Source: an uncultured Candidatus Saccharibacteria bacterium (lineage in GTDB: Bacteria; Patescibacteriota; Andersenbacteria; UBA10190). From it: a DNA stretch of 64,000 nucleotides. Within the stretch, counting starts at the first letter, position 1. Every line of letters begins with the position of its first letter. Position numbers and translations under genes: made by a program. Of the stretch, positions 49,947 to 61,826 are shown one piece after another. Below the pieces are notes generated by a model, which saw only the letters and a list, made by a program, of their open reading frames with translations, made no database searches and had not been told where the DNA came from. The stretch covers positions 8,458 to 72,457 of the forward strand of contig CAYJKV010000003.1 of NCBI GenBank assembly GCA_964371255.1, given 5' to 3'.

Positions 49947-51542
49947 TTATTGCAACGAGCCAAGAAGTGATACGCCTGTCATGCTGCTCGGTTTCGGCAA
50001 TCGCAAAACATCCAACACTGTTGGTGCTACATCGGCTAATACCCCAATCGGAGACATTAAGCTGGTAATGACTTCACTATCGCTCTTCTTGGTCGTGCGG
50101 CGCAGCTCTTCTCTGACATAATAAAAAGGCACGGGATTTTTAGTATGCTCAGTAAACTGTTGGTGCGTTTCTTTCTCTCCCACCTCTTCGGCTTTGCCGT
50201 GATCGGCTGTCACGATCATGGCGCCGCCTTGCTGGTTAACACTGTTATAAATTTTACCTAAACACTCATCCACACAGGCGCACGCTTTAACAGTGGCATC
50301 AAAGTCCCCGGTATGGCCAACCATATCGGCATTCGCAAAATTCACGAAATATACATCATATGCACCGCGCGCTAGCTCGTCTGTTATGCGTTTGGTTATT
50401 ACGTCTGCCTCCATGCGCGGCTTTTGAGCCCAATCTTTCACGCCTGACGAGTGTACTAAATCATGTACTTCGCCGGCGAAGGGTTCTTCATGGCCTACGT
50501 TCAAATAATATGTGATATGAGCATATTTCTCTGTTTCAGCAATGTGCAGCTGCATTAATCCGGCCTCGGACACCACCCGGGCTAATGGATACTCGGCAAT
50601 TTCTTCACGATATGCGGCTGGACAGGGGAGTGCCTTATCGTACTCATTCAAGGAAGCAAAATATAAATTTTTTAATGTCTTCGCCGGCCACCCGACCTTA
50701 TCGGGAGCCACAAAGGAGGCAGTCAGCTGCCGGGCACGATCGGGTCGGAAGTTAAAGAAGATTACCGCGTCATTGTCCTTGATTAGCGCAATCGGCGCGC
50801 CGCCCGAAGTAATAACAGTCGTCGGAATTTTTTCATCAATGAATCCTTTCGCGTGCGCTTGCGCTATCGCTACCTCTGGCGAGGGTGCTCCATCTGGCCT
50901 CAGCCCTCCCGTTAACATATCAAAAGTCGCCTGGGTCCGGTCCCAGTTCTCATTACGATCCATAGCGTACAACCTCCCCGTGACTGACGCGATCGTCCCC
51001 ACTCCCCAATGCCCTATGGCTTCCTCCAGTTTTCTTAAATAGAATGGCGAGCTCTTCGGTGGCGTGTCGCGGCCATCAGTAAACATATGAATGTACACCC
51101 GGTCCCGGAATTTCTCCTGAGCCAGCATCTGCAGCAAGGCAATCAGATGATTCATATGCGCGTGCACGCCACCCGGTGAAACCAGCCCCATTAAATGCAA
51201 GTCGCTGTTATTATCGCGTGCGTGCTTAATCGCGTTTAGTAACACTTCATTTTGAAAAAAGGAGCCGTCATCAATCGCTTGATCAATATCGGCCATAATC
51301 TGATACTGCACGCAACCCGCTCCAATATTGCGATGTCCCGTTTCTGAATTTCCAGCCACGCCGCTCGGTAAGCCGACCTCTAATCCAGACGCTACCAAGG
51401 ATGCGCTGGGATAGTACCAAGAAAACATATTCAAAGTCGGGGTCGGCGCGGCATCAATCGCGTTACCTTTGCCTTTTAAACTTAAACCCCAGCCATCTAG
51501 AACTATCACCACTAATGGTCTGGGTCGGGGCAAAGTATTCAT
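49947..51542 (-). CDS. gpmI: 2,3-bisphosphoglycerate-independent phosphoglycerate mutase
   Basis: LDGWG, GNSETGH, DGRD, AETEKYAH, DMVGHTG and TADHG motifs. Confidence 0.96.
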   Translation of the reverse strand: MNTLPRPRPLVVIVLDGWGLSLKGKGNAIDAAPTPTLNMFSWYYPSASLVASGLEVGLPSGVAGNSETGHRNIGAGCVQYQIMADIDQAIDDGSFFQNEVLLNAIKHARDNNSDLHLMGLVSPGGVHAHMNHLIALLQMLAQEKFRDRVYIHMFTDGRDTPPKSSPFYLRKLEEAIGHWGVGTIASVTGRLYAMDRNENWDRTQATFDMLTGGLRPDGAPSPEVAIAQAHAKGFIDEKIPTTVITSGGAPIALIKDNDAVIFFNFRPDRARQLTASFVAPDKVGWPAKTLKNLYFASLNEYDKALPCPAAYREEIAEYPLARVVSEAGLMQLHIAETEKYAHITYYLNVGHEEPFAGEVHDLVHSSGVKDWAQKPRMEADVITKRITDELARGAYDVYFVNFANADMVGHTGDFDATVKACACVDECLGKIYNSVNQQGGAMIVTADHGKAEEVGEKETHQQFTEHTKNPVPFYYVREELRRTTKKSDSEVITSLMSPIGVLADVAPTVLDVLRLPKPSSMTGVSLLGSLQ

Positions 51543-51670
51543 TCTCTAAAAATACCATGCCAACCTAGACCAGAAAACAGATAGTCGGTTTCGAGTTTTG
51601 AATTTCTGATTTGTCTAGGGTTTCTCGATTTCTCCCTAGGGGACCACATGGGGGGATTTCGGATTTTATG

Positions 51671-51742
51671 TAGCGGGGGTCGGAATTGCACCGACGATTT
51701 CCTGGTTATGAGCCAGGCGAGATACTACTTCTCCACCCCGCG
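51671..51742 (-). tRNA. tRNA-Met(CAT), initiator-like
   Basis: CGCGGGG acceptor with a C1:U72 mismatch; anticodon loop CTCATAA. Confidence 0.85.
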
Positions 51743-52214
51743 TTATATTGGTCAGTCCGAGTCACCTAAACGTATACTCTCAAACTGATATTTCTGTTTC
51801 TTTACTGCCTCCCGTCTTAAAAAATCGCTTAACGAATATTTATAACGCTATCTGGTTGCAGTGTGCCCCATTGTACGCTCAACCAATTAAGCATGCAACT
51901 GTCAATGATTATTTACAAAATGGTGGTAAAAAACCTTGCGCCTCTCCTCTGCTTCTAGGCATGGTTATATTGACCGGTGGGACATTAATAGGGGGGAATA
52001 TTTACACACAGATCACGCCCCGAATAAACCTACTGCGTCCTTAAGAGCTACCGCACCCAGTGCGAGCTTTACATCCCCGCTCATGCGGGGTTGTTCTTTA
52101 TTATAAAATTGGCTACATTTTCTCTGCCTCTTCTTTTATGATGAATAGTATCGTCAGCTTAATGTTTTTAGGCCACAAGGCTTTTTGAACATTTAGCCTC
52201 GGTGAAACTTGTTT

Positions 52215-52291
52215 GGCGGGGTAGCTCAGTTGGTTAGAGCGCGGGACTCATAAGCCCGAGGTCGGAGGTTCGAACCCTCTCCCCGCTACCA
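52215..52291 (+). tRNA. tRNA-Met(CAT), elongator-like (Ile2 not excluded)
   Basis: GGCGGGG acceptor, anticodon loop CTCATAA and encoded CCA. Confidence 0.88.
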
Positions 52292-52444
52292 CGTAAAATC
52301 TGCACCCGCCTTTGGCGGGATGCAGATCACGTGGCAAGCCGCGCCAGCAGATTGTCACGTGAAAGCCCCATAAGAGGCGTATGCCTCATGGGGCTTTTTT
52401 TACGTGAGCCCCGTGATCGCGGAGTTTACGACGCGATTTTACGT
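52291..52444. repeat. multi-hairpin element framed by ACGTAAAATC/GATTTTACGT
   Basis: Terminal inverted repeat plus internal stems (CCCGCCTTTGGCGGG; AAAGCCCCAT/ATGGGGCTTT). Confidence 0.65.
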
Positions 52445-52450
52445 ACACTC

Positions 52451-52789
52451 ATGTACTGGATCTACCTACTCAGATGTGATGACGACGAGTCATGGTATAT
52501 CGGTTACACCACCAATCTAAAAACTCGTCTTAAGGATCACCTCGAAAAACATGGAGCAAGAACAACACGAAGAAAAGAAAACTGGAAACTCATCTACTGC
52601 GAAGGCTACGTAAATAAGAAAGATGCACAAGGACGGGAGAGATTTCTAAAAAGTGGATCGGGGAGAAGATTTCTAAAAAAGCAGCTGAAATACTATTTGG
52701 CAGATAAAGTTAAAAAAACCGCAGGGCGAACCATGCGGTCTACAACCTTTTCTCATAAAAGATCGTCTCAATCTAGACAACAGCGGTAA
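52451..52789 (+). CDS. GIY-YIG nuclease family protein (SLX1/YazA-like)
   Basis: YWIYLL...WYIGYTTNLKTRLKDH...EGY...RERFLKSGSGR. Confidence 0.9.
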   Translation: MYWIYLLRCDDDESWYIGYTTNLKTRLKDHLEKHGARTTRRKENWKLIYCEGYVNKKDAQGRERFLKSGSGRRFLKKQLKYYLADKVKKTAGRTMRSTTFSHKRSSQSRQQR

Positions 52790-52853
52790 ATCATGTACTC
52801 TACATCTACAGTCCTTTAATATATAGACTAAACAACTAACCTGTAATTCACCC

Positions 52854-52927
52854 GGGCCCGTAGCTCAGCTGGTTAGAGCGATTGCCTGTCACGCAATAGG
52901 TCGCCGGTTCGAGTCCGGTCGGGCCCG
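52854..52927 (+). tRNA. tRNA-Asp(GTC)
   Basis: GGGCCCG acceptor and anticodon loop CTGTCAC. Confidence 0.93.
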
Positions 52928-52959
52928 CCCAAGTCTCAATAATTACACCTTTTTCTCAT

Positions 52960-53379
52960 ATGGAAAATAGACCTCTCGTTGGTGTCGGTGTCATGGTGCT
53001 TAAACAAAACCTTGTTTTATTAGCACAAAGAAAAGGTTCGCATGGTGCCGGGGAGTACTCTTTCCCTGGTGGTCATTTAGAATTTGGCGAGTCGATCACC
53101 CATTGTGCCAGGCGCGAGGTGGCGGAAGAAACTGGCCTAAAAATAAAAAACATCAGGTTTTTGCTGGTTGAAAACATTCTCACGTACTCTAACAAACATT
53201 ACTTGCACGTTGGTCTTGTCGCCAACTGGCAATCCGGCGTACCCCAAATTTTGGAACCAGATAAAAGCATGGCCTGGGGCTGGTATAAAATGAACCATTT
53301 ACCCCGCCCCCTTTTCGCCACCATCAAGCATACGATTCAAAGTTATCAATCGGGTCGTAACTTCTATGATTCTTTTTAA
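52960..53379 (+). CDS. NUDIX hydrolase (MutT/NUDT15-like)
   Basis: FPGGHLEFGES...CARREVAEETG and EPDK motifs. Confidence 0.92.
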   Translation: MENRPLVGVGVMVLKQNLVLLAQRKGSHGAGEYSFPGGHLEFGESITHCARREVAEETGLKIKNIRFLLVENILTYSNKHYLHVGLVANWQSGVPQILEPDKSMAWGWYKMNHLPRPLFATIKHTIQSYQSGRNFYDSF

Positions 53380-53422
53380 CGTCTGGCTATTAATTACTTA
53401 TCACTAAATAATTATCAATTTT

Positions 53423-53533
53423 ATGCTCCAGCCCTACGAGCTTGAAGACGATTCCTCAGAATTACTCTCCTGGCCGCGGCTCATTGTGCTTGCTCTGGTC
53501 GTTTGGGTAATCGCTTGGTGGATACGGCCGTGA
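53423..53533 (+). CDS. possible 36-aa single-TM peptide
   Basis: MLQPYELEDDSSELLSWPRLIVLALVVWVIAWWIRP; fills an intergenic gap and is too short for the ORF track. Confidence 0.4.
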   Translation: MLQPYELEDDSSELLSWPRLIVLALVVWVIAWWIRP

Positions 53534-53589
53534 ATTTGTTACAATGAAAGAATAGTAAGTTTAATCAAAGCCCTTATGACTTTTGCTCA

Positions 53590-54000
53590 ATGATGACTGT
53601 TCGCGTTTTTATTGTCGGTTCTTTTTTAACCGCCATAATCGGATGGTCAATTTGGCTAGCTATCATTTTGCTGCTCGATCCGCTGCAAGCGGGTATCTTA
53701 GGTTTTGTCCTATTCTTTCTCGCCCTCTTTCTAGCGGTCGCTAGCAGCGCCAGCCTGGCCGGTTATCTAGTGCGTCGTTTAGTCGCGCCGACCATATTCT
53801 CCGCCTATACCGTTCGTGTCGCTTTGCGTCAGGGATTATGGCTAAGTCTGTTTCTTAATCTGCTCCTTCTCCTCCATTTAAGTGAACTTTATCGCTGGTA
53901 TTTAGGTGTTTTCCTAATTGTTATCTTTCTATCCGTTGAACTGGTATTTTTAAGTATTGATCGTTTGGTTACCCAACGCTTAAACAAACCGCATGACTAA
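53590..54000 (+). CDS. conserved hypothetical 4-TM membrane protein
   Basis: Hydrophobic, with ALRQG motif; overlaps the pheS start. Confidence 0.75.
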   Translation: MMTVRVFIVGSFLTAIIGWSIWLAIILLLDPLQAGILGFVLFFLALFLAVASSASLAGYLVRRLVAPTIFSAYTVRVALRQGLWLSLFLNLLLLLHLSELYRWYLGVFLIVIFLSVELVFLSIDRLVTQRLNKPHD

Positions 54001-55021
54001 TTCGCTCACCCAATCTTTAACCAAACTATCCGCTGCTGCCCTTCAGGAGTTGGAGCAGATCGGTGACCTGGCCCAACTTGAAAAGTGGCGCATAAATTAC
54101 CTGGGTCGCAAGGGACAAGTGCCCCAGCTGCTGCGAGCAATTAAAAATGTCTCACCCGCTGACCGCAAAAGCTATGGTCAACTGGGTAATCAGATACGCG
54201 CGCAGTTGACCCACGCCTTTGCGCAACAGCTAACGCGCTTAATGCCCACTGCCACTGCCGCACTCAAAACCGGCCCCGCCCAGTCCCAAGCCTCTGACCG
54301 TCCCGGCCACTTACATCCTCTCACCCTCGCTGTTCGGGATCTGCAGGCGATCTTCTATCAACTTGGTTTTCAGCTGGTGGAGGGACCGCTCGTAGAAGAA
54401 ACAAAATACAACTTCGACTTATTAAATATTCCCTTGGAACATCCTGCCCGGACCGAGACCGACACCTTTCATTTAGCGGACGGTTTAGTCCTGCGCACCC
54501 ACACTTCGCCTGTCCAATTGCGTTCCGTACTGGCCAATGGCCTGACTCCGCCGTTTCAAGTCTATTCCACCGGCCGCACTTTCCGCGCTGAACGGACGGA
54601 CGCTTCGCACGATCACACCTTTAACCAGATTGAGGCTTTAATGGTGGGCAGCTCAATTAGTATCGCTGACTTTAAAGGTGTTCTTGAATATGTTTACGCA
54701 GAATTTTTCCGCCAAAGCGTGGTCACGCGCTTGCGGCCTTCGTATTTTCCTTTTGTCGAACCTGGCTTTGAAGTGGATATGAGCTGTGTCATCTGCCAGC
54801 AGCAGGGCTGTCGCGTTTGTCACCAGACAGGGTGGCTGGAAATGATGGGTGCTGGGATGGTTCACCCCAACGTTCTGACAAATATGAATATCGATTATCA
54901 GCAGTATCAAGGGTTTGCTTTCGGTGGGGGAATTGAACGCCTCGCTATGCTTCGTCATCGCATTCCCGATATCCGGCTTTTCCAGTCGGGTGATCTTAAG
55001 TTCCTTCGGCAGTTCAGTTAA
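53993..55021 (+). CDS. pheS: phenylalanyl-tRNA synthetase alpha subunit
   Basis: GHLHP, HPAR, LRTHTSPVQ, FPFVEP and GFAFG motifs. Confidence 0.97.
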   Translation: MTNSLTQSLTKLSAAALQELEQIGDLAQLEKWRINYLGRKGQVPQLLRAIKNVSPADRKSYGQLGNQIRAQLTHAFAQQLTRLMPTATAALKTGPAQSQASDRPGHLHPLTLAVRDLQAIFYQLGFQLVEGPLVEETKYNFDLLNIPLEHPARTETDTFHLADGLVLRTHTSPVQLRSVLANGLTPPFQVYSTGRTFRAERTDASHDHTFNQIEALMVGSSISIADFKGVLEYVYAEFFRQSVVTRLRPSYFPFVEPGFEVDMSCVICQQQGCRVCHQTGWLEMMGAGMVHPNVLTNMNIDYQQYQGFAFGGGIERLAMLRHRIPDIRLFQSGDLKFLRQFS

Positions 55022-55062
55022 TAGTAGTTTTATTTTATTACCGGCATTTTTCTTAATTTGTT

Positions 55063-57408
55063 ATGTTGATTTCTTACAATTGGCTGCGCCAGCTACTGCC
55101 GGCCCTAACGGATAGTCCCTCAAATGTGGCGGATTTATTAACCAGCCATAGTTTTGAAACAACCATCAGTCATTCCTTCGCCCTTGATCCGAATGTCACT
55201 GTTGCGCGGATTGTGGCTATTGCATCCCACCCGAATGCCGACCGGCTGCAGCTCGTCACTGTCGACAACGGCAGAGGCGAGGCGACCGTCGTTTGTGGCG
55301 CCCACAATATTGAAGTCGGGGATATTGTCCCTTATTCTCCAACCGGAACGAAACTACTTGATGACCAGGGCCGCCTCTTTACCTTGACCTCGGCCAAAAT
55401 CCGCGGCGTGATCAGTGCCGGCATGTTAAACTCACCGCGTGAATTAGGGTTAGGGGATAGCCACCAAGGCATATATATTCTCCCGCCGGACACCACCCCC
55501 GGTACCAGTTTGGCCACGCCTCTGCCCCCCGATACTATTCTTGACGCAGATATCACTCCCAACCGGGCGCACGATTGCCTGAGCCACTTAGGCATCGCCC
55601 GCGAATTGGCTGCCATTAAAGACTATCCCGCGCCCGTCCTCACCATACCGCCTCTGCCAACCGCGCCGGCTCAGCCTTGGCTGCTGGATATCACCGAGCA
55701 GAATAAGGTGATGCGATATATTGGTATCGCTTTGCGGGACATTAAAATTAAGCCATCTCCTCTCTGGTTGCAGGCTAAACTTTGGGCCATTGGCAGTAAA
55801 CCAATTAATAATGTTGTCGATATAACTAATTACGTATTATTTGAAACCGGCTATCCCTCTCATGCCTTTGATAGTGCCCGCTTGCCCGGTCAAACTATTG
55901 GTGTCCGGTTTGCCAAACCTGATGAATGCCTAACCACCTTGGATGACAATGAACATAACTTAACTTCCCAAAACCTGGTGATTACTTCTTCCAATCAACC
56001 CGTTGCTGTCGCGGGTGTGATCGGTGGAGTTGCCAGCCAGGTCGGGGACAGTACCCGCGAGATTTTTCTGGAAACAGCCGTCTTTCATCCTTACACTATC
56101 CAACAGTCAGCCGCGTCCCTTAAAATCGAGACGGAAAGTGCTCGTCATTTCAGCAAAGGCATGACCCCCGCCTTAGTGGATATGGCTGCGGCCCGCGCAG
56201 CTGCCTTATTGCAGGAGCTGGCGGACGCCAAGGTAACCAGTTATGTAGAATATTTTCCGTCACCATCAGAGCCGCGCCAAATAAAATTCAATCCCCGTCG
56301 TGTCTCCGCTTTATCCGGCACTGCTATTTCCGCCGCCAGCATTAAAGACGCGCTTACCCGCCTGCGCTGTCGGGTCAAAGGCAGGCTGAACTGGCAGGTA
56401 ACCGTACCGGCTGATCGGCTCGATTTAACCGGGGAACATGACCTGATCGAGGAGGTTGTCAGACTAAGCGGCCTGCAAGCAATCATGAGTCATTCGCCCC
56501 GACTAACTAACCAGGGGCCAAAGTTACCGGAGATAGCGCAGTGGCGCGAGATGGTGCGCGACGTGCTCGTTGCGCATAACCTAACAGAGACATCCAATTA
56601 TTCTTTTTCCGACTCGAACCTGGAACATATGTTAGGTTTGGCTGTTGTTAATGACGCGGCCCTTGTCGTTTCCAACGCCGTCGCGCCAGAACAGTCTCAC
56701 TTACGTCAGTCACTTTTACCTCGCTTAGCCGGAAATTTATTAACCAATAAAGCGGCCTGGCGTACTAAATTTTCCCATAAGGAGTCCGGTGTATTTGAAA
56801 TTGGCATTGTTTTCCAAACCGGGGATGGCGGCCTGGTGCCCGGTGTGGTGGAGCAGGAGTATGCGGCGGTTGCGCTGGTTGGCGAGAGCGCCAACGAACC
56901 TGCCGCCCACGCTATTGTCACTGCCCTGTGTGCTCCTTTCGGCATCACTAATCCGCCGGCTGATATAATTAGCATACTGCCCGTGCCGGCTGCTTCACCT
57001 ATTCAACGCAAGCTTGGTTTACCGGTTGTGTTTATTGAAATCAACTTAAGTATCCTCTTGACGCACGCTTCTCTGCCGCCTGATTATACTCCCGTTTCAT
57101 CCGGTCCTATTGTTGTGTATAAGAGCACCAGTAAATTCCCGCCTGTTTATCGCGATCTCTCCTTGCTAGTCGATGCACCTGTTACCAGCGAGCAAATCCA
57201 AGCAATAATTGCTCAGGTTGGTGGTTCAACAGTGGCGGCCGTCGATCTTTTTGATCAATACCAACCGATCGATTCGAGCCAAAAAGGACTCGCTTTTCAT
57301 GTGGCTTACCAAGCCCAGGACAGAACTTTAAACGACTCAGAAGTAAATAGTCTGCACAATAACATTATCGCTGCTCTGCAAAGAGAATTAAAGGCCCAGT
57401 TAAGATAA
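55063..57408 (+). CDS. pheT: phenylalanyl-tRNA synthetase beta subunit
   Basis: HPNADRL, ITPNR..CLSH.GIARE, INNVVDITNY, DLIEEV and FDX-ACB end. Confidence 0.95.
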   Translation: MLISYNWLRQLLPALTDSPSNVADLLTSHSFETTISHSFALDPNVTVARIVAIASHPNADRLQLVTVDNGRGEATVVCGAHNIEVGDIVPYSPTGTKLLDDQGRLFTLTSAKIRGVISAGMLNSPRELGLGDSHQGIYILPPDTTPGTSLATPLPPDTILDADITPNRAHDCLSHLGIARELAAIKDYPAPVLTIPPLPTAPAQPWLLDITEQNKVMRYIGIALRDIKIKPSPLWLQAKLWAIGSKPINNVVDITNYVLFETGYPSHAFDSARLPGQTIGVRFAKPDECLTTLDDNEHNLTSQNLVITSSNQPVAVAGVIGGVASQVGDSTREIFLETAVFHPYTIQQSAASLKIETESARHFSKGMTPALVDMAAARAAALLQELADAKVTSYVEYFPSPSEPRQIKFNPRRVSALSGTAISAASIKDALTRLRCRVKGRLNWQVTVPADRLDLTGEHDLIEEVVRLSGLQAIMSHSPRLTNQGPKLPEIAQWREMVRDVLVAHNLTETSNYSFSDSNLEHMLGLAVVNDAALVVSNAVAPEQSHLRQSLLPRLAGNLLTNKAAWRTKFSHKESGVFEIGIVFQTGDGGLVPGVVEQEYAAVALVGESANEPAAHAIVTALCAPFGITNPPADIISILPVPAASPIQRKLGLPVVFIEINLSILLTHASLPPDYTPVSSGPIVVYKSTSKFPPVYRDLSLLVDAPVTSEQIQAIIAQVGGSTVAAVDLFDQYQPIDSSQKGLAFHVAYQAQDRTLNDSEVNSLHNNIIAALQRELKAQLR

Positions 57409-57534
57409 TAATATTAATACTATCTCTCCCAACGAAAGCCCTGAAAAGGCTGTCTTTTTTGTTCCATTCATGCTATTATTTACAGGTAAAAGAGCGGGGG
57501 AAAGCCCTACTTTTTACTTCAAGTCAGCCAATAA

Positions 57535-59610
<2,076 letters not shown>

Positions 59611-59682
59611 TGTCCATCTGGCCTCGACAAATGATTCTCTATTGTTACCCTGGTAGCAGTCTAATAAACTAACTTAATACAT

Positions 59683-60228
59683 ATGGTCACAATCGGAGAA
59701 CCAGTCGGGGATTTTAATCTTGAAGCCTATCACAACAAGGGGATTAAGCGCGTTCAGCTATCCCAATTTAAAGGCAAATGGGTGCTGTTGTATTTCTATC
59801 CGGGTGATTTTACCTTCGTTTGCCCCACCGAACTGGGCGAGGCAGCGGACCACTATCAAGAAATAAAAAAATTGGGTGCCGAAATACTGAGCATTAGCAC
59901 GGATAGCGTCTACGTTCATCAAGCCTGGCACACCTCTGCTTCCGTGATTGCCAAAATAAAATATCCAATGCTGGCCGATCCCACTGGCGCCGTTTGCCAG
60001 CAGTTTGGGGCCTATCAGTTTTCTCAAGGCATTGCTTGGCGAGCCACTTTTACTATCGATCCGCAAGGTATCCTGCGCGCCCTGGAAATGCATGATGACA
60101 GCTTTGGACGAAGCACGACAGAGATCATCCGCAAACTAAAAGCAGCTATTTATACCGCTAAACATCCCGGCCAAGTTTGTCCGGCCAGTTGGCAACCCGG
60201 TGACGAAGTCATTATAAAAAAAGCGTGA
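59683..60228 (+). CDS. ahpC: 2-Cys peroxiredoxin
   Basis: FTFVCPTE and VCPASW motifs. Confidence 0.93.
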   Translation: MVTIGEPVGDFNLEAYHNKGIKRVQLSQFKGKWVLLYFYPGDFTFVCPTELGEAADHYQEIKKLGAEILSISTDSVYVHQAWHTSASVIAKIKYPMLADPTGAVCQQFGAYQFSQGIAWRATFTIDPQGILRALEMHDDSFGRSTTEIIRKLKAAIYTAKHPGQVCPASWQPGDEVIIKKA

Positions 60229-60365
60229 CGCACCTTTAAAGATCTTACAACCTCGCCGTCAATTGCATTATTTCTTACTTTGATATACATTCACATTAAT
60301 AGCCCCCCGGGGCTGTTTTTAAGAAATATTAACTAGGATCTCACCCCGCAAAATATATTACCGAT

Positions 60366-60593
60366 ATGCCCCATCAGCCCAAAACAACGGCTATCACGCG
60401 CCTTACTGGTTTTCCACAAACCGTGCTGTCTTTTCTTAAGGAGGCAAAAGAAGAATTAAAAAAAGTGACCTGGCCGACACGCCAAGCCACCATCCGTTAT
60501 ACCCTGATTGTAGTTGCCGCTTCCATTGTCGTCAGTCTTATTATTGGCGGCATCGACTACTTGTTGGAGATTACTTTGGAAACCGTTGTCTAA
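60366..60593 (+). CDS. secE: preprotein translocase SecE
   Basis: FLKEAKEELKKVTWP followed by a TM helix. Confidence 0.95.
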   Translation: MPHQPKTTAITRLTGFPQTVLSFLKEAKEELKKVTWPTRQATIRYTLIVVAASIVVSLIIGGIDYLLEITLETVV

Positions 60594-60610
60594 ATTATTA
60601 AACTAAACCC

Positions 60611-61210
60611 ATGACTAATAGTCCTCGAGATAATCAGCCGCCTCGCCCCACCGATTTAGTGGACGATCAATCAATTACCCCCGATAACATTCATTGGTAC
60701 GTACTGCACACTTATTCGGGTTATGAGGATAACGTCGCTCGTAACTTGCGGCAGCGGATAGAATCAATGGGTATGGAAGATAAGATCTTGGATGTCGTCG
60801 TGCCCCGTGAAAAGAAAATACGAGTAAAACACGGCAAGCGTCGCACCATCGAAGAACGTCTCTTTCCCGGTTATGTCCTGGTCAAAATGATCGTCACAGA
60901 AGACTCTTGGTACGTAGTCAGAAATACACCTAACGTAACCGGTTTCGTCGGTTCTGGCACAACCCCGACCCCTGTCTCGCAAGATGAAATCGACCGCTTA
61001 CTTAAACGGATGGGTGAGGATGAACCTAAGTACAAGATGGACGTGGCTGAAGGCGATGCCGTTAAAATCATTGATGGGCCGTTTAAGGACTTTGAAGGGC
61101 GCATCTCTGAAGTTAGTGAAGCCAAAGGCACTGTTAAAGTTCTGGTCAATGTCTTTGGTCGGGAAACACCGGTGGAGTTGGACTTTCTTCAAGTTCATAA
61201 AGAGGCGTAA
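60611..61210 (+). CDS. nusG: transcription elongation factor NusG
   Basis: WYVLHTYSGYE, FPGYVLV and KOW domain with FGRETPVEL. Confidence 0.97.
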   Translation: MTNSPRDNQPPRPTDLVDDQSITPDNIHWYVLHTYSGYEDNVARNLRQRIESMGMEDKILDVVVPREKKIRVKHGKRRTIEERLFPGYVLVKMIVTEDSWYVVRNTPNVTGFVGSGTTPTPVSQDEIDRLLKRMGEDEPKYKMDVAEGDAVKIIDGPFKDFEGRISEVSEAKGTVKVLVNVFGRETPVELDFLQVHKEA

Positions 61211-61338
61211 TTGGCTATCCACGGGTGATAAACCAGATAAGCACTTGCCAAATCAACTCTTCTGTCTTACTTTATCATGTTAGCCTCTTGCCAGAACTAT
61301 TTACCTGATTAACTTACTTATTTACTAATTCACTTAAA

Positions 61339-61758
61339 ATGCCTGAAATACTTACCAAGTTTAAAATCCAAGCTCCCGGCGGCAAGGCGACACCTGCCCC
61401 GCCAATCGGTCCTGTGCTGGGTCAGCACGGTGTGAACATTCAAGACTTCGTCAATCGTTTTAATGAGATGACCAAAGAAATGATGGGTGATGTCATCCCG
61501 GCTGAAGTCACTGTTTATGCTGATCGGTCTTTTTCGTTAGTCCTTAAAACTCCTCCTGCCGCTGAATTATTAAAGAAAGCCGCCGGTATTCCCAAGGGCT
61601 CGGGTACCCCCAATACGGCCAAAGTCGGTACCGTCACTCAAGAGCAGGTCAGAGAAATTGCTGAGCGTAAATTGGCGGACTTATCCGCCCGGGATATTGA
61701 TGCGGCCATCAAAATTATTGCCGGTACCGCTCGCTCCATGGGCATTACTATTAAGTAA
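61339..61758 (+). CDS. rplK: 50S ribosomal protein L11
   Basis: [15 protein letters not shown] and GTARSMG motifs. Confidence 0.98.
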   Translation: MPEILTKFKIQAPGGKATPAPPIGPVLGQHGVNIQDFVNRFNEMTKEMMGDVIPAEVTVYADRSFSLVLKTPPAAELLKKAAGIPKGSGTPNTAKVGTVTQEQVREIAERKLADLSARDIDAAIKIIAGTARSMGITIK

Positions 61759-61826
61759 ACTGGTCCATCTTTTAAACCTCGCCCTGTCCGTTACCACTTA
61801 ATTTACTTGTTAACCAATTATCAGCT

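Noticed and set aside
51748-52100. 98-aa ORF or ncRNA between the two Met tRNAs
   Set aside because: It has a TTG start, no motifs and overlaps promoter-like sequence; only a terminator-like hairpin near 52075-52090 is evident and no RNA family is recognisable.
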